Counted from the stretch's first letter, positions 1-14,052 are shown. The stretch: DNA of 64,000 bases from Eledone cirrhosa (GCA_964016885.1 OZ024747.1:91636001-91700000); one strand, 5' to 3'. The notes: generated from the letters alone by a model not told the origin. Numbers and translations: made by a program.

Positions 1-3000
1 GTATTCCCTCTCTAAGTAAGTATGTCTCTCTGTATGTAAGTATATCTCTCTGTATGTAAGTATGTCTCTCTGTGTGTATGTATGTCTCTCTGTATGTATG
101 TCTCTCTGTATGTATGTCTCTCTGTATGTATGTATGTCTCTATGTATGTAAGTATGTCTCTCTGTATGTAAGTATGTCTCTATGTGGGTAAGTATGTCTC
201 TCTGTATGTAAGTATGTCTCTCTGTATGTATGTCTCTCTGTATGTAAGTATGTCTCTATGTGTGTAAGTATGTCTCTCTGTATGTAAGTATGTCCCTCTG
301 TATGTATGTATGTCTCTCTGTATGTAAGTACGTCTCTCTGTATGTATGTCTCTCTGTATGTATGTATGTCTCTCTGTATGTATGTATGTCTCTATGTATG
401 TAAGTATGTCTCTCTGTATGTAAGTATGTCTCTATGTGTGTAAGTATGTCTCTCTGTATGTAAGTATGTCTCTCTGTATGTATGTCTCTCTGTATGTAAG
501 TATGTCTCTCTGTATGTAAGTAGGTCCCTCTGTATGTAAGTACGTCTCTCTGTATGTAAGTATGTCTCTCTGTATGTAAGTATGTCTCTATGTGGGTAAG
601 TATGTCTCTCTGTATGTAAGTATGTCTCTCTGTATGTATGTCTCTCTGTATGTAAGTATGTCTCTATGTGTGTAAGTATGTCTCTCTGTATGTAAGTATG
701 TCCCTCTGTATGTATGTATGTCTCTCTGTATGTAAGTACGTCTCTCTGTATGTATGTCTCTCTGTATGTATGTATGTCTCTCTGTATGTATGTATGTCTC
801 TATGTATGTAAGTATGTCTCTCTGTATGTAAGTATGTCTCTATGTGTGTAAGTATGTCTCTCTGTATGTAAGTATGTCTCTCTGTATGTATGTCTCTCTG
901 TATGTAAGTATGTCTCTCTGTATGTAAGTAGGTCCCTCTGTATGTAAGTACGTCTCTCTGTATGTAAGTATGTCTCTCTGTATGTAAGTATGTCTCTCTG
1001 TATGTATGTATGTCTCTCTGTATGTAAATATGTCTCTCTGTATGTAAGTATGTCTCTCTGTATGTATGTCTCTCTGTAAGTATGTCTCTCTGTATGTAAG
1101 TATGTCTCTATGTATGTATGTCTCTCTGTATGTAAGTATGTCTCTCTGTATATAAGTATGTCTCTCTGTATGTAAGTATGTCTCTCTGTATGTAAGTATG
1201 TCTCTCTGTATGTATGTCTCTCTGTATGTAAGTATGTCCCTCTGTATGTATGTATGTCTCTCTGTATGTAAGTACGTCTCTCTGTATGTATGTCTCTCTG
1301 TATGTATGTATGTCTCTCTGTATGTATGTATGTCTCTATGTATGTAAGTATGTCTCTCTGTATGTAAGTATGTCTCTATGTGTGTAAGTATGTCTCTCTG
1401 TATGTAAGTATGTCTCTCTGTATGTATGTCTCTCTGTATGTAAGTATGTCTCTCTGTATGTAAGTAGGTCCCTCTGTATGTAAGTACGTCTCTCTGTATG
1501 TAAGTATGTCTCTCTGTATGTAAGTATGTCTCTCTGTATGTATGTATGTCTCTCTGTATGTAAATATGTCTCTCTGTATGTAAGTATGTCTCTCTGTATG
1601 TATGTCTCTCTGTAAGTATGTCTCTCTGTATGTAAGTATGTCTCTATGTAAGTATGTCTCTCTGTATGTAAGTATGTCTCTCTGTATGTAAGTATGTCTC
1701 TCTGTATGTAAGTATGTTTCTCTGTAAGTACGTCTCTCTGTATGTAAGTATGTCTCTCTGTAAATATGTCTCTCTGTATGTAAGTATGTCTCTCTGTAAG
1801 TATGTCTCTCTGTATGTATGTATGTCTCTCTGTATGTATGTCTCTCTGTGTGTAAGTATGTCTCTCTGTGAGTATATCTCTCTGTATGTAAGTATGTCAT
1901 TCTGCATGTATGTCTCTCTGTATGTAAGTATGTCTCTCTGTATGTATGTATGTCTCTCTGTAAGTATGTCTCTCTGTATGTATATATGTCTCTCTGTATG
2001 TATGTATGTCTCTCTGTATGTAAGTATGTCTCTTTGTATGTCTCTCTGTATGTAAGTATGTCTCTCTGTATGTATGTCTCTCTGTATGTAAGTATGTCTC
2101 TCTGTATGTATGTCTCTCTGTATGTAAGTATGTCTCTCTGTATGTAAGTATGTCTCTCTGTGTGTAAGTATGTCTCTCTGTATGTATGTATGTCTCTCTG
2201 TATGTAAGTATGTCTCTCTGTATGTAAGTATGTCTCTCTGTATGTATGTCTCTCTGTATATATGTATGTCTCTCTGTATGTAATTATGTCTCTCTGTATG
2301 TAAGTATATCTCTCTGAATGTATGTGTGTCTCTTTGTATATAAGTATGTCTCTCTGTATGTAAGTATGTCTCTCTGTATGTAAGTATGTCCCTCTCTAAG
2401 TAAGTATGTCTCTCTGTATGTAAGTATATCTCTCTGTATGTAAGTATGTCTCTCTGTGTGTATGTATGTCTCTCTGTATGTATGTCTCTCTGTATGTATG
2501 TATGTCTCTATGTATGTAAGTATGTCTCTCTGTATGTAAGTATGTCTCTATGTGGGTAAGTATGTCTCTCTGTATGTAAGTATGTCTCTCTGTATGTATG
2601 TATGTCTCTCTGTATGTAAGTATGTCTCTCTGTATGTATGTGTCTCTGTATGTATGTATGTCTCTCTGTATGTATGTCTCTCTGTATGTAAGTATGTCTC
2701 TCTGTATATAAGTATGTCTCTCTGTATGTAAGTATGTCTCTCTGTATGTAAGTATGACTCTCTGTATGTATGTCTCTCTGTATGTAAGTATGTCTCTATG
2801 TGTGTAAGTATGTCTCTCTGTATGTAAGTATGTCCCTCTGTATGTATGTATGTCTCTCTGTATGTAAGTACGTCTCTCTGTATGTATGTCTCTCTGTATG
2901 TATGTATGTCTCTCTGTATGTATGTATGTCTCTATGTATGTAAGTATGTCTCTCTGTATGTAAGTATGTCTCTATGTTTGTAAGTATGTCTCTCTGTATG

Positions 3001-6000
3001 TAAGTATGTCTCTCTGTATGTATGTCTCTCTGTATGTAAGTATGTCTCTCTGTATGTAAGTAGGTCCCTCTGTATGTAAGTACGTCTCTCTGTATGTAAG
3101 TATGTCTCTCTGTATGTAAGTATGTCTCTCTGTATGTATGTATGTCTCTCTGTATGTAAGTATGTCTCTCTGTATGTAAGTATGTCTCTCTGTATGTATG
3201 TCTCTCTGTAAGTATGTCTCTCTGTATGTAAGTATGTCTCTATGTAAGTATGTCTCTCTGTATGTAAGTATGTCTCTCTGTATGTAAGTATGTCTCTCTG
3301 TATGTAAGTATGTCTCTCTGTATGTAAGTATGTTTCTCTGTAAGTACGTCTCTCTGTATGTAAGTATGTCTCTCTGTAAATATGTCTCTCTGTACGTAAG
3401 TATGTCTCTCTGTAAGTATGTCTCTCTGTATGTATGTATGTCTCTCTGTATGTATGTCTCTCTGTGTGTAAGTATGTCTCTCTGTGAGTATGTCTCTCTG
3501 TATGTAAGTATGTCATTCTGCATGTATGTCTCTCTGTATGTAAGTATGTCTCTCTGTATGTATGTATGTCTCTCTGTAAGTATGTCTCTCTGTATGTATA
3601 TATGTCTCTCTGTATGTATGTATGTCTCTCTGTATGTAAGTATGTCTCTTTGTATGTCTCTCTGTATGTAAGTATGTCTCTCTGTATGTATGTCTCTCTG
3701 TATGTAAGTATGTCTCTCTGTATGTATGTCTCTCTGTATGTAAGTATGTCTCTCTGTATGTAAGTATGTCTCTCTGTGTGTAAGTATGTCTCTCTGTATG
3801 TATGTATGTCTCTCTGTATGTAAGTATGTCTCTCTGTATGTAAGTATGTCTCTCTGTATGTATGTCTCTCTGTATATATGTATGTCTCTCTGTATGTAAT
3901 TATGTCTCTCTGAATGTATGTATGTCTCTCTGTATGTAAGTATGTCTCTGTGTATGTAAGTATGTCTCTCTGTATGTAAGTATGTCTCTCTGTATGTATG
4001 TATGTCTCTCTGTATGTAAGTATGTCTCTCTGTATGTATGTATGTCTCTCTGTATGTAAGTAAGTCTCTCTGTAAGTATGTATGTCTCTCTGTATGTAAG
4101 TATGTCTCTCTGTATGTATGTATGTCTCTCTGTATGTAAGTCTCTCTGTAAGTATGTCTCTCTGTATGTATGTCTCTCTGTATGTAAGTATGTCTCTCTG
4201 TATGTATGTCTCTCTTTATGTATGTCTCTCTGTCAGTACGTCTCTCAGTATGTAAGTATGTCTCTCTGTATGTAAGTATGTCTCTCTGTAAGTATGTCTC
4301 TCTGTATGTAAGTATGTCTCTCTGTAAGTATGTCTCTCTGTATGTAAGTATGTCTCTCTGTATGTATGTCTCTCTGTATGTAAGTATGTCTCTCTGTAAG
4401 TATGTCTCTCTGTATGTAGTATGTCTCTCTGTATGTATGTCTCTCTGTCTGTAAGTATGTCTCTCTGTAAGTATGTATGTCTCTCTGTATATAAGTATGT
4501 CTCTCTGTATGTAAGTATGTCTCTCTGTATGTAAGTATGTCTCTCTGTATGTAAGTATGTCTCTCTGTATGGAAGTATGTCTCTCTGTATGTATGTATGT
4601 CTCTCTCTGTGTAAGTATGTCTCTCTCTGTATGTAAGTATGTCTCTCTGTATGTAAGTATGTCTCTCTGTAAGTATGTCTCTCTGTATGTAAGTCTCTCT
4701 GTATGTAAGTATATCTCTCTGTATATATGTCTCTCTGTATGTAAGTATGTCTCTCTGTATGTAAGTATGTCTCTCTGTATGTATGTATGTCTCTCTGTAT
4801 GTATGTCTCTCTGTATGTAAGAATGTCTCTCTGTATATAAGTAGGTCTCTCTGTATGTCTCTCTGTAAGTATGTCTCTCTGTATGTATGTATGTCTCTAT
4901 GTATGTAAGTATGTCTCTCTGTATGTAAGTATGTCTCTCTGTATGTAAGTATGTCTCTCTGTATGTAAGTATGTCTCTCTGTAAGTATGTCTCTCTGTAT
5001 GTAAGTGTGTCTCTCTGTATGTAAGTTTGTCTCTCTGTATCTATGTATGTCTCTCTGTGTGTAAGTATGTCTCTCTGTATGTAAGTATGTCTCTCTGTAT
5101 GTAAGTATGTCTCTCTGTATGTAAGTATGTCTCTCTGTATGTAAGTATGTCTCTCTCTGTCTGTAAGTATGTCTCTCTGTATGTAAGTATGTCTCTCTGT
5201 ATGTAAGTATGTCTCTATGTATGCATGTCTCTCTGTATGTGAGTATGTCTCTCTGTATGTATGTCTCTCTGTATGTATGTCTCTTTGTATGTAAGAATGT
5301 CTCTCTGTATATAAGTAGGTCTCTCTGTATGTCTCTCTGTAAGTATGTCTCTCTGTATGTAAGTATGTCTCTCTGTATGTAAGTATGTCTCTCTGTATGT
5401 AAGTACGTCTCTCTGTATGTAAGTATGTCTCTCTGTATGTAAGTATGTCTCTCTGTATGTATGTATGTCTCTCTGTATGTATGTCTCTCTGTATGTAAGA
5501 ATGTCTATTTGTATATAAGTAGGTCTCTCTGTATGTCTCTCTGTATGTCTCTCTGTAAGTATGTCTCTCTGTATGTATGTATGTAATTATGTCTCTCTGT
5601 ATGTAAGTATGTCTCTCTGTATGTAAGTATGTCTCTCTGTATGTAAGTATGTCTCTCTGTATGTAAGTACGTCTCTCTGTATGTAAGTATGTCTCTCTGT
5701 ATGTAAGTATGTCTCTCTGTATGTATGTCTCTCTGTATGTAAGTATGTCTCTCTGTATGTAAGTATGTCTCTCTGTATGTATGTCTCTCTGTATGTAAGT
5801 ACGTCTCTCTGTATGTAAGTATGTCTCTGTATGTAAGTATGTCTCTCTGTATGTAAGTATGTCTCTCTGTATGTAAGTATGTCTCTCTGTAAGTATGTAT
5901 GTCTCTCTGTATGTAAGTATGTCTCTCTGTATGTAAGTATGTCTCTCTGTATGTAAGTACGTCTCTCTGTATGTAACTATGTCTCTCTGTATGTATGTCT

Positions 6001-7165
6001 CTTTGTATGTAAGTACGTCTCTCTGTATGTAAGTATGTCTCTCTGTATGTAAGTATGTCTCTCTGTATGTAAGTATGTCTCTCTGTATGTAAGTATGTCT
6101 CTCTGTATGTATGTCTCTCTGTATGTAAGTATGTCTCTCTGTATGTAAGTATGTCTCTCTGTAAGTATGTCTCTCTGTATGTAAGTATGTCTCTCTGTAT
6201 GTAAGTATGTCTCTCTGTATGTATGTCTCTCTGTATGTAAGTATGTCTCTCTGTATGTATGTATGTCTCTCTGTATGTAAGTATGTCTCTCTGTATGTAA
6301 GTATGTCTCTCTGTATGTAAGTATGTCTCTCTGTATGTATGTATGTATGTATGTCTCTCTGTATGTAAGTATGTCTCTCTGTATGTAAGTATGTCTCTCT
6401 GTATGTAAGTATGTCTCTCTGTATGTAAGTATGTCTCTCTGTAAGTATGTCTCTCTGTATGTAAGTACGTCTCTCTGTATGTAAGTATGTCTCTCTGTAT
6501 GTAAGTATGTCTCTCTGTATGTAAGTATGTCTATCTGTATGTATGTATGTCTCTCTGTATGTAAGTATGTCTCTCTGTATGTATGTATGTCTCTCTGTAT
6601 GTATGTCTCTCTGTATGTATGTCTCTCTGTATGTAAGTATATCTCTCTGTATGTAAGTATGTCTCTCCGTATGTAACTATGTCTCTCTGTATGTAAGTAT
6701 GTCTCTCTGTATGTATGTATGTCTCTCTGTATGTAAGTATGTCTCTCTGTAAGTATGTATGTCTCTCTGTATGTAAGTATGTCTCTCTGTATGTAAGTAT
6801 GTCTCTCTGTATGTAAGTATGTCTCTCTGTAAGTATGTCTCTCTGTATGTAAGTATATCTCTCTGTATGTAAGTATGTCTCTCTGTAAGTATGTCTCTCT
6901 GTATGTATGTCTCTCTGTAAGTATGTATGTCTCTCTGTATGTAAGTATGTCTCTCTGTATGTAAGTATGTCTCTCTCTGTATGTAAGTACGTCTCTCTGT
7001 ATGTAAGTATGTCTCTCTGTATTTAAGTATGTCTCTTTGTATAAAAGTAGGTCTCTCTGTATGTAAGTATGTCTCTCTGTATGTATGTCTCTCTGTAAGT
7101 ATGTCTCTCTGTAAGTAAGTAGGTCTCTCTGTATGTATGTCTCTCTGTCTGTAACTATGTATGCA
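1..7165. repeat. Satellite array, basic unit TATGTCTCTCTGTATGTAAG (20 bp) mixed with 16-bp and other variants; runs off the left edge
   Basis: Directly visible tandem repetition; diagnostic variants recur at 408-bp and 1616-bp offsets. Confidence 0.97.
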
Positions 7166-7399
7166 TGCATCAATGTATATATATGAACGTACGTATATGT
7201 CTGTGTTTATGTACTAGCTTATCTATCTACATTCGACAGTCTACACACATATGCAAATACCAGACACTGTTTATGATTTTTTTCTCCCAATTTACTTTCA
7301 TGCACTTTACTCATCTCCCACTGATGAACTCACAACATTTAATCATTAATTAAATTCTAGTTCAATATAAAACATATGCTTCACGCAAAATATATGTAT

Positions 7400-7402
7400 A
7401 CG

Positions 7403-7439
<37 letters not shown>

Positions 7440-7616
7440 ATATATATATTTATAAATATATATATATATATATATTTATATAGTTATAAATATATAGGTA
7501 TATATAGTTATAAATATATGTATATATATATATAGTTATGAATATATATGTATATATATAGTTGTAAATATATGTCTATATATAGGTATAAATATATATG
7601 TATACGTATATATATT

Positions 7617-7694
<78 letters not shown>

Positions 7695-8147
7695 AATATA
7701 TATATACATGTGTGTGTGTATGTACACACACACACACACACATGTATATATATCCACATATATATGTGTGTGTGCGTGTTTGTGTCTGTGTGTGTCTGTG
7801 AATGTGTGTGTGCGCTTGTTCTTGCGTCTGAAAAGTGATAGATATACAGGCATATATATTTATGTATGAATGTGTGTGTATGTGTGTGTGAGTATGTGTG
7901 CACGTGTGTATGTATATGCGTACCTGTTTTCGTATCTATATCTGTTTGTGTGTCTGTATATATCCTACATCCATATAAATACCAACGTATATGTGTGTCG
8001 CCGTATAATTTTAATTGTGTATATGTTTGAGAAGTAAATTCAATAGAAGCTAATGTATGTTTTAAATATAATATACGTTAAACAAGCACACACACACACA
8101 CATACACACACACACACACACATATATATAAACATGTATATAGATAT

Positions 8148-8182
<35 letters not shown>

Positions 8183-8189
8183 CATACAA

Positions 8190-8284
<95 letters not shown>

Positions 8285-8722
8285 TTATACATATATGCAT
8301 GTGTGTATGTATATATATATATATATATATATGTGTATATATATATATATGTATGTGTGTATATATATATAACTATATGCATACACATCCATATATATAT
8401 ATATACATATATATATATACATACATATATATACACACATACATATATATATATATACATATATACATATATATATATACACATATATCTACATATATAC
8501 ACATACACACACATATATATACACACACATATATATACACACACATACATATATTCAAATATATATATATATATATATATACATACAAATATATATATAT
8601 ATATATACATAGACATATACAGATATACACATACATAGATACAAATATATATATATATATACATACATACATATACATATATACACATATACACATACAC
8701 ATATACATATATATATTTATAT
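7400..8722. repeat. Compound (TA)n/(CA)n/(TG)n microsatellite region
   Basis: Visible dinucleotide runs. Confidence 0.95.
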
Positions 8723-8757
8723 AAAGTGGCATATTCATGTATGTTTATTAGAATATT

Positions 8758-9256
8758 TGTGTATGTGTGTCCGTGTGTTTGTGAGTGTGTGTGTGTGTAC
8801 ATATGTATGTATGTGTGTCCGTGTGTTTGTGAGTGTGTGTGTGTGTACATATGTATGTATGTGTGTCCGTGTGTTTGTGAGTGTGTGTGTGTACATATGT
8901 ATGTATGTGTGTCCGTGTGTTTGTGAGTGTGTGTGTGTGTACATATGTATGTATGTGTGTCCGTGTGTTTATGAGTGTGTGTGTGTGTGTACATATGTAT
9001 GTATGTGTGTCCGTGTGTTTATGAGTGTGTGTGTGTACATATGTATGTATGTGTGTCCGTGTGTTTATGAGTGTGTGTGTGTGTGTACATATGTATGTAT
9101 GTGTGTCCGTGTGTTTGTGAGTGTGTGTGTGTGTGTACATATGTATGTATGTGTGTCCGTGTGTTTGTGAGTGTGTGTGTGTGTGTACATATGTATGTAT
9201 GTGTGTCCGTGTGTTTGTGAGTGTGTGTGTGTGTGTGTACATATGTATGTATGTGT
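8758..9256. repeat. Minisatellite, about 10 copies of a 46-50 bp unit (GTGTCCGTGTGTTTGTGA(GT)nACATATGTATGTAT)
   Basis: CCGTG anchor at 8771, 8819, 8867, 8913, 8961, 9011, 9057, 9107, 9157, 9207. Confidence 0.95.
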
Positions 9257-9387
9257 AGAAGCAATTATCTCGTGCGTCGTTGATATCAAATGGAACGTTA
9301 ATTAAAATAATAATTCACGTTTAATCAATATTCAATAGCAAAACATCTGCCATGATTATCTCTCTTACTACATTCCTTCCTGTTAAT

Positions 9388-10690
9388 AGCGTCATCACCA
9401 TCACCATCACCAGCATCACCATCACCATCACCAGCATCACCATCACCATCACCAGCATCACCAGCATCACCATCACCAGCATCACCATCACCATCACCAG
9501 CATCACCATCATCATTATCAATATCATCACCATCATCACTACCAGCAGCATCACCATCATCATCAACACCATCATCACCATCACCACCAGCAGCGTCATC
9601 ACCATCACCATCATCATCACCATCAACACAATCATCACCATCACCACCAGCAGTGTCATCACCATGACCACCACCAGCGTCATCACCATCACCACCACCA
9701 CCACCACCACCAGCATCACCATCACCATCAACACAATCATCACCATCACCACCAGCAGCGTCATCACCATCACCACCACCAGCGTCATCACCACCACCAC
9801 CACCACCATCACCAGCATCATCATCACCATCAACACAATCATCACCATCACCACCACCAGAATCATCATCACCATCATCATCATCATCATCAGAATCATC
9901 ACCATCACCACCAACAGCGCCATCACCATCATCATTATCATCACCATCACCACCACCACCACCAGCATCACCATCACCATCAACACCATCATCACCATCA
10001 CCACCACCACCACCACAATCACCATCATCATCAACACCATCATCACCATCACCACCACCACCACCACCACCACCACCACCATCACCATCACCATCACCAT
10101 CATCATCAACACCATCATCACCACCACCACCAGCAGCGTCATCACCATCACCATCATCAATATCATCACAATCATCACTACCATCATCACCATCATTATC
10201 ATCACCATCATCACTACCAGCAGCATCATCAGCATCAACGTCGTCACCAGCGTCAACATCAGCAACATCACCAATACCATCATCATCATTATTATCATCA
10301 TTAGCATTAGCTTCATCATCATTTTTCATCATCACCACCATCGTCATCACCACCATCGTCGTTATCAATGTTAGCTTCACCATCATCACCATCACCATCA
10401 CCATCACCATCACCATCATCATCATCATCATCAACACCATCGTCGTTATCAATGTTAGCTTCACCATCATCACCATCACCACCATCATCATCATCATCAT
10501 TATCATCAACATCGTCATCGTCATTAACATCATCATCATCATCATCATCACCATCATCGTCTTCACCATCATCGTCATTGCCATCATCGTCATCACCATC
10601 ATCGTCATCGTCATCATTATCATCACCATCATCATCACCACCATCATCATCGTCATCATCACCATCATCGTCATCGTCATCATCATCATC
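9388..10690. repeat. Degenerate (CAT/CAC/CAG)n trinucleotide array
   Basis: Visible triplet periodicity; small internal duplication at 10354 and 10438. Confidence 0.93.
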
Positions 10691-10777
10691 GGGTGCAATG
10701 ATAGTAGCAGCAACAATAACAACATCGACATCAACAGTTGTATGATATATTTTCATCATCCCAACTATATAACAAAT

Positions 10778-10970
10778 AATTGTTTCTACTTTTAGCACAA
10801 GGCCAACAATTACCCCAGTGTATTACTGGTGCTTTATTTTGTCGACCCCGTAAGGATGAAAGGCAAAGCTAACCTAAGTGGGATTTGAACTCAGACCGTA
10901 AAGGGGCGTAAATCTATGCTGCAAATAAATGGCGTCCGACCCTCTACCGACACTGCCAATCCACCACCCT
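10778..10970 (-). mobile_element. tRNA-derived SINE, family A (~190 bp)
   Basis: Minus strand has A-box-like TGGCAGTGTCGG, B-box GAGTTCAAATCC, central GCCTTTCATCCTTACGGGGTCGA motif and AATT-rich tail; more than 15 copies in the window. Confidence 0.9.
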
Positions 10971-10984
10971 ATTTAATAAAAAAA

Positions 10985-11154
10985 AAGGCCAGCAATTATC
11001 CCAGTACATTACTGGTACTTTATTTTATCGACTTCTTAAGGATGAAAGGCAAAGTTAACCTCGGTGGGATTTGAACTCAGAATGTCAAGGGCCGTAACTC
11101 TATGTGTCAAAGCATGGCATCCGACCGTCTACCGATACTGCCAATCCACCGCCC
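10985..11154 (-). mobile_element. SINE family A copy
   Basis: Same A/B boxes and central motif. Confidence 0.88.
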
Positions 11155-12403
11155 ATAGATTATAATAATAAACTCTTTCTAGAAAGTACAACAGTAACAA
11201 CAGCAGTAACATCGCACCTAGATCGAGCTTTCAACGAGTTGCAGACGTTGCTTTTGTTGTTGTTGTCATTGTATTTGCTGTTGTTGTTTATTGTTTATGT
11301 TGTTGTTTATTATTTATGTTGTTTGTTAGCGTTGTTGCTTTTATTAGCCATGTTTCACCTCCCTACCACCGCCAAACGTATGTACACACGTACACACAAA
11401 CACACACAAACACACACAAACACACACATATACTCAAATTAGTTCACAGACACAACATCTAAATAACGCCGACAATATTGTCTGGTAAAACCAATACTTC
11501 CCAGAAAACAAAGCAAATTATTAACTCCGATCTCATGACAAACTCAGAGTTCATGGTTTCTAAATATTGCTGCATTAATTCGGATTACTAATAGATACTA
11601 TACTTCGGAATGTTGATTATGGTCGCATTTATTAGTTTCACTGTTTATCTACGAGGGAAAGAATCCAGAGTGTTAAATTCATAAGTTTTCTTTGAGGACG
11701 ACTTGGAAATATAAAATGATTATATTTTGTTTATTAAATATCTAATGGCTATGTCCCATATATCCTATGACAGGTCAAATTTTTGTTGTGTTTCTTCTAA
11801 TTCTTGCCAGACGTTGAAAAACACTAGCAGAATCTATAGAAATGCCAACGTTGCCTTAAGAGCATATTAAGAATATTTTGGCAAGATGACATCACGAATG
11901 AAGAGAGCATAGAAAAGGATTGGGTTGAAGAATCTTCGAGTTTCCATTACTGTCAGACACTGGAAGATGCTTGGCCACGTACTACACATCCCCATGAAGC
12001 AAATGTTGCTTTAGTTTCTAATTAATTAATTAAACATTTTGTTTTGTTTCATAGTTTTAATTGCAATCTTAATATAGATCTCACGCGTAGTTCATTCTAT
12101 TTGTTAAAAAAAGTAAGTCATTTTCTCTTCTAAAATGTTCCGTAGAAGTTATACATATACATGTTCATAGCTTTTCGTGGCATAAACCTTTTCAGCACTT
12201 AACCATCATCCCCTTTCACTTCATTGATATAGTTATCGATGTACGATTTATTTATTTATTGTATATATCATTTAGTGAGAAATAGAGTTGCTGGTTACAA
12301 GTTTGCAGTGAAGCAAACTTGCATCTTTGATGATAACAGAATGAATATCGTTGTTTTCTCGCTGTTGTTTACGATCTTTGCCCATGGATATACATACACG
12401 CAC

Positions 12404-12465
<62 letters not shown>

Positions 12466-12470
<5 letters not shown>

Positions 12471-12777
12471 TATGTATACGCACATACATATATGTATGCA
12501 GACGTATAGTAGTATGTATATACATACATACATGCACACATATATATATGTACGTATGGGTTTACCGAACATTTATTATAATGTTCAGTTTGTTTACAAA
12601 CAAACCGAACATTATAATAAATGTTCGGTAAACCCATACGTACATATATATATGTGTGCATGTATGTATGTATATACATACTACTGTACGTCTGTATACA
12701 TATATGTACGTACATATACATATTTATATTTAAGTATCAGCCGTACTAAGAGTGAGAAATGAAATTTAATTTTTTCC

Positions 12778-12780
<3 letters not shown>
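12466..12780 (+). mobile_element. (TA)n-flanked fold-back element: ~130-bp inverted arms centred on 12596-12597 plus ~50-bp unique tail
   Basis: Arms are near reverse complements; homologous pieces at 56976-57096 and 62095-62277; strand inferred from tail position. Confidence 0.75.
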
Positions 12781-12832
<52 letters not shown>

Positions 12833-12847
12833 CATACATAATGTCAC

Positions 12848-12945
12848 ATGGATATATCAATTTCACAGTTAAAGGACTAACATGTGTATATATATATATA
12901 TGTGTGTGTGTGTTAGTCCTTTAACTGTGAAATTGATGTATCCAT
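12848..12945. repeat. Small inverted repeat (35-bp arms) around a TA/TG spacer
   Basis: ATGGATATATCAATTTCACAGTTAAAGGACTAACA ... TGTTAGTCCTTTAACTGTGAAATTGATGTATCCAT. Confidence 0.85.
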
Positions 12946-12956
12946 ATACATATATG

Positions 12957-13050
<94 letters not shown>

Positions 13051-13052
13051 TA

Positions 13053-13126
13053 CAGGTGTTCCAAAAATGTATACACATACTTATTAGAATACTGTTGAAG
13101 TGTGTATAGATTTTTGGGAGACTCTG
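13053..13126. mobile_element. Possible very short Tc1/mariner-like MITE remnant
   Basis: TA-CAGGTGTTCCAAAAATGTATACAC ... GTGTATAGATTTTTGGGAGACTCTG imperfect TIRs. Confidence 0.45.
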
Positions 13127-13363
13127 TGTGTGTATGTATCTCTATATCTATCTATATATATAGTATAAATATAAGTATGAAACATAAATATAAGTATGAA
13201 ACAGGAGTTCGGGAGCTGTGGGGAATGTGCAGTTGTTATCACTACCAGGTCGGCTCTGGCCCGGAAGAGTAGTACCTGTTAGGGCCCTGTTTATGAGTTA
13301 AATAATTACCTTATTCGAGTGGGGCCGGTAAGGTATTAACAGCCATTGAAAAGAACCCGCCCA

Positions 13364-13401
<38 letters not shown>

Positions 13402-13571
13402 AGGTCTGCTAGCAGCTAAAGTATATGATGAAGTTATATCTGTATTCATACAAAGTGGGTAAATGAGACTGCATCAATGTGTATATAAATATACACATGT
13501 TTCATATAAAGACATTTAGACATGCCAGAAAAACAAAATTTTCCTGTAAATTAAAAAAAATGTTGAACACA

Positions 13572-13604
<33 letters not shown>

Positions 13605-13609
<5 letters not shown>

Positions 13610-13775
13610 AACCAGTAAGACCCCGACAGCCGAGTTCAAGCCGTTTCGACGGCTGAAACGGCTTGAGCTCGGCTGTCGGGGTCTTACTGGTTCCTATTAC
13701 CCACTCTACTACCTCAAGTATTGAGTACTTTGGTGCGTTATCGTCCACCTGGTTCCTTACCACATTTCTTTCGTT
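13605..13775 (+). mobile_element. Fold-back Penelope-like 3' fragment carrying the 3' half of a hammerhead ribozyme (family H1)
   Basis: Palindrome 13605-13697; GAAA-CGGCT-tgagctc-GGCTG-TC at 13655-13677; tail shared with 33034-33125 and 51508-51701; (TA)n on both sides. Confidence 0.75.
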
Positions 13776-13859
13776 ATATATATATATATATATATATATA
13801 TAATCCTTATCGAGTCTTCTTCGGATTTTAGTCTTCACATTTATTATTATTACTATATA

Positions 13860-14044
13860 GGGCGGTGAATTGGCAGTATCGGTAGAGGGTCGGTCGCCAT
13901 GCTTTGAGGCATAGTTACGGCCCTTTCCGTTCTGAGTTCAAATCCCACCGAGGGTAACTTTTCCTTTCATCCTTACGGGGTCGATAAAATAAAGTACCAG
14001 TAATGCACTGGGTATTTGCTGGACTTGTGCCAAAAGTAGAAACA
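13860..14044 (+). mobile_element. SINE family A copy with ~17-bp TSD (ATTATTATTACTATATA)
   Basis: A/B boxes; direct repeat at 13843-13859 and 14045-14061. Confidence 0.9.
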
Positions 14045-14052
14045 ATTATTAT

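Noticed and set aside
1376-7173. Long ORFs (TYRETYLHTERH repeats, up to 398 aa)
   Set aside because: Read-through of the satellite on both strands; no coding evidence
13860-13950. tRNA gene
   Set aside because: A/B boxes belong to SINE heads; no full cloverleaf, and the sequence continues into the SINE body
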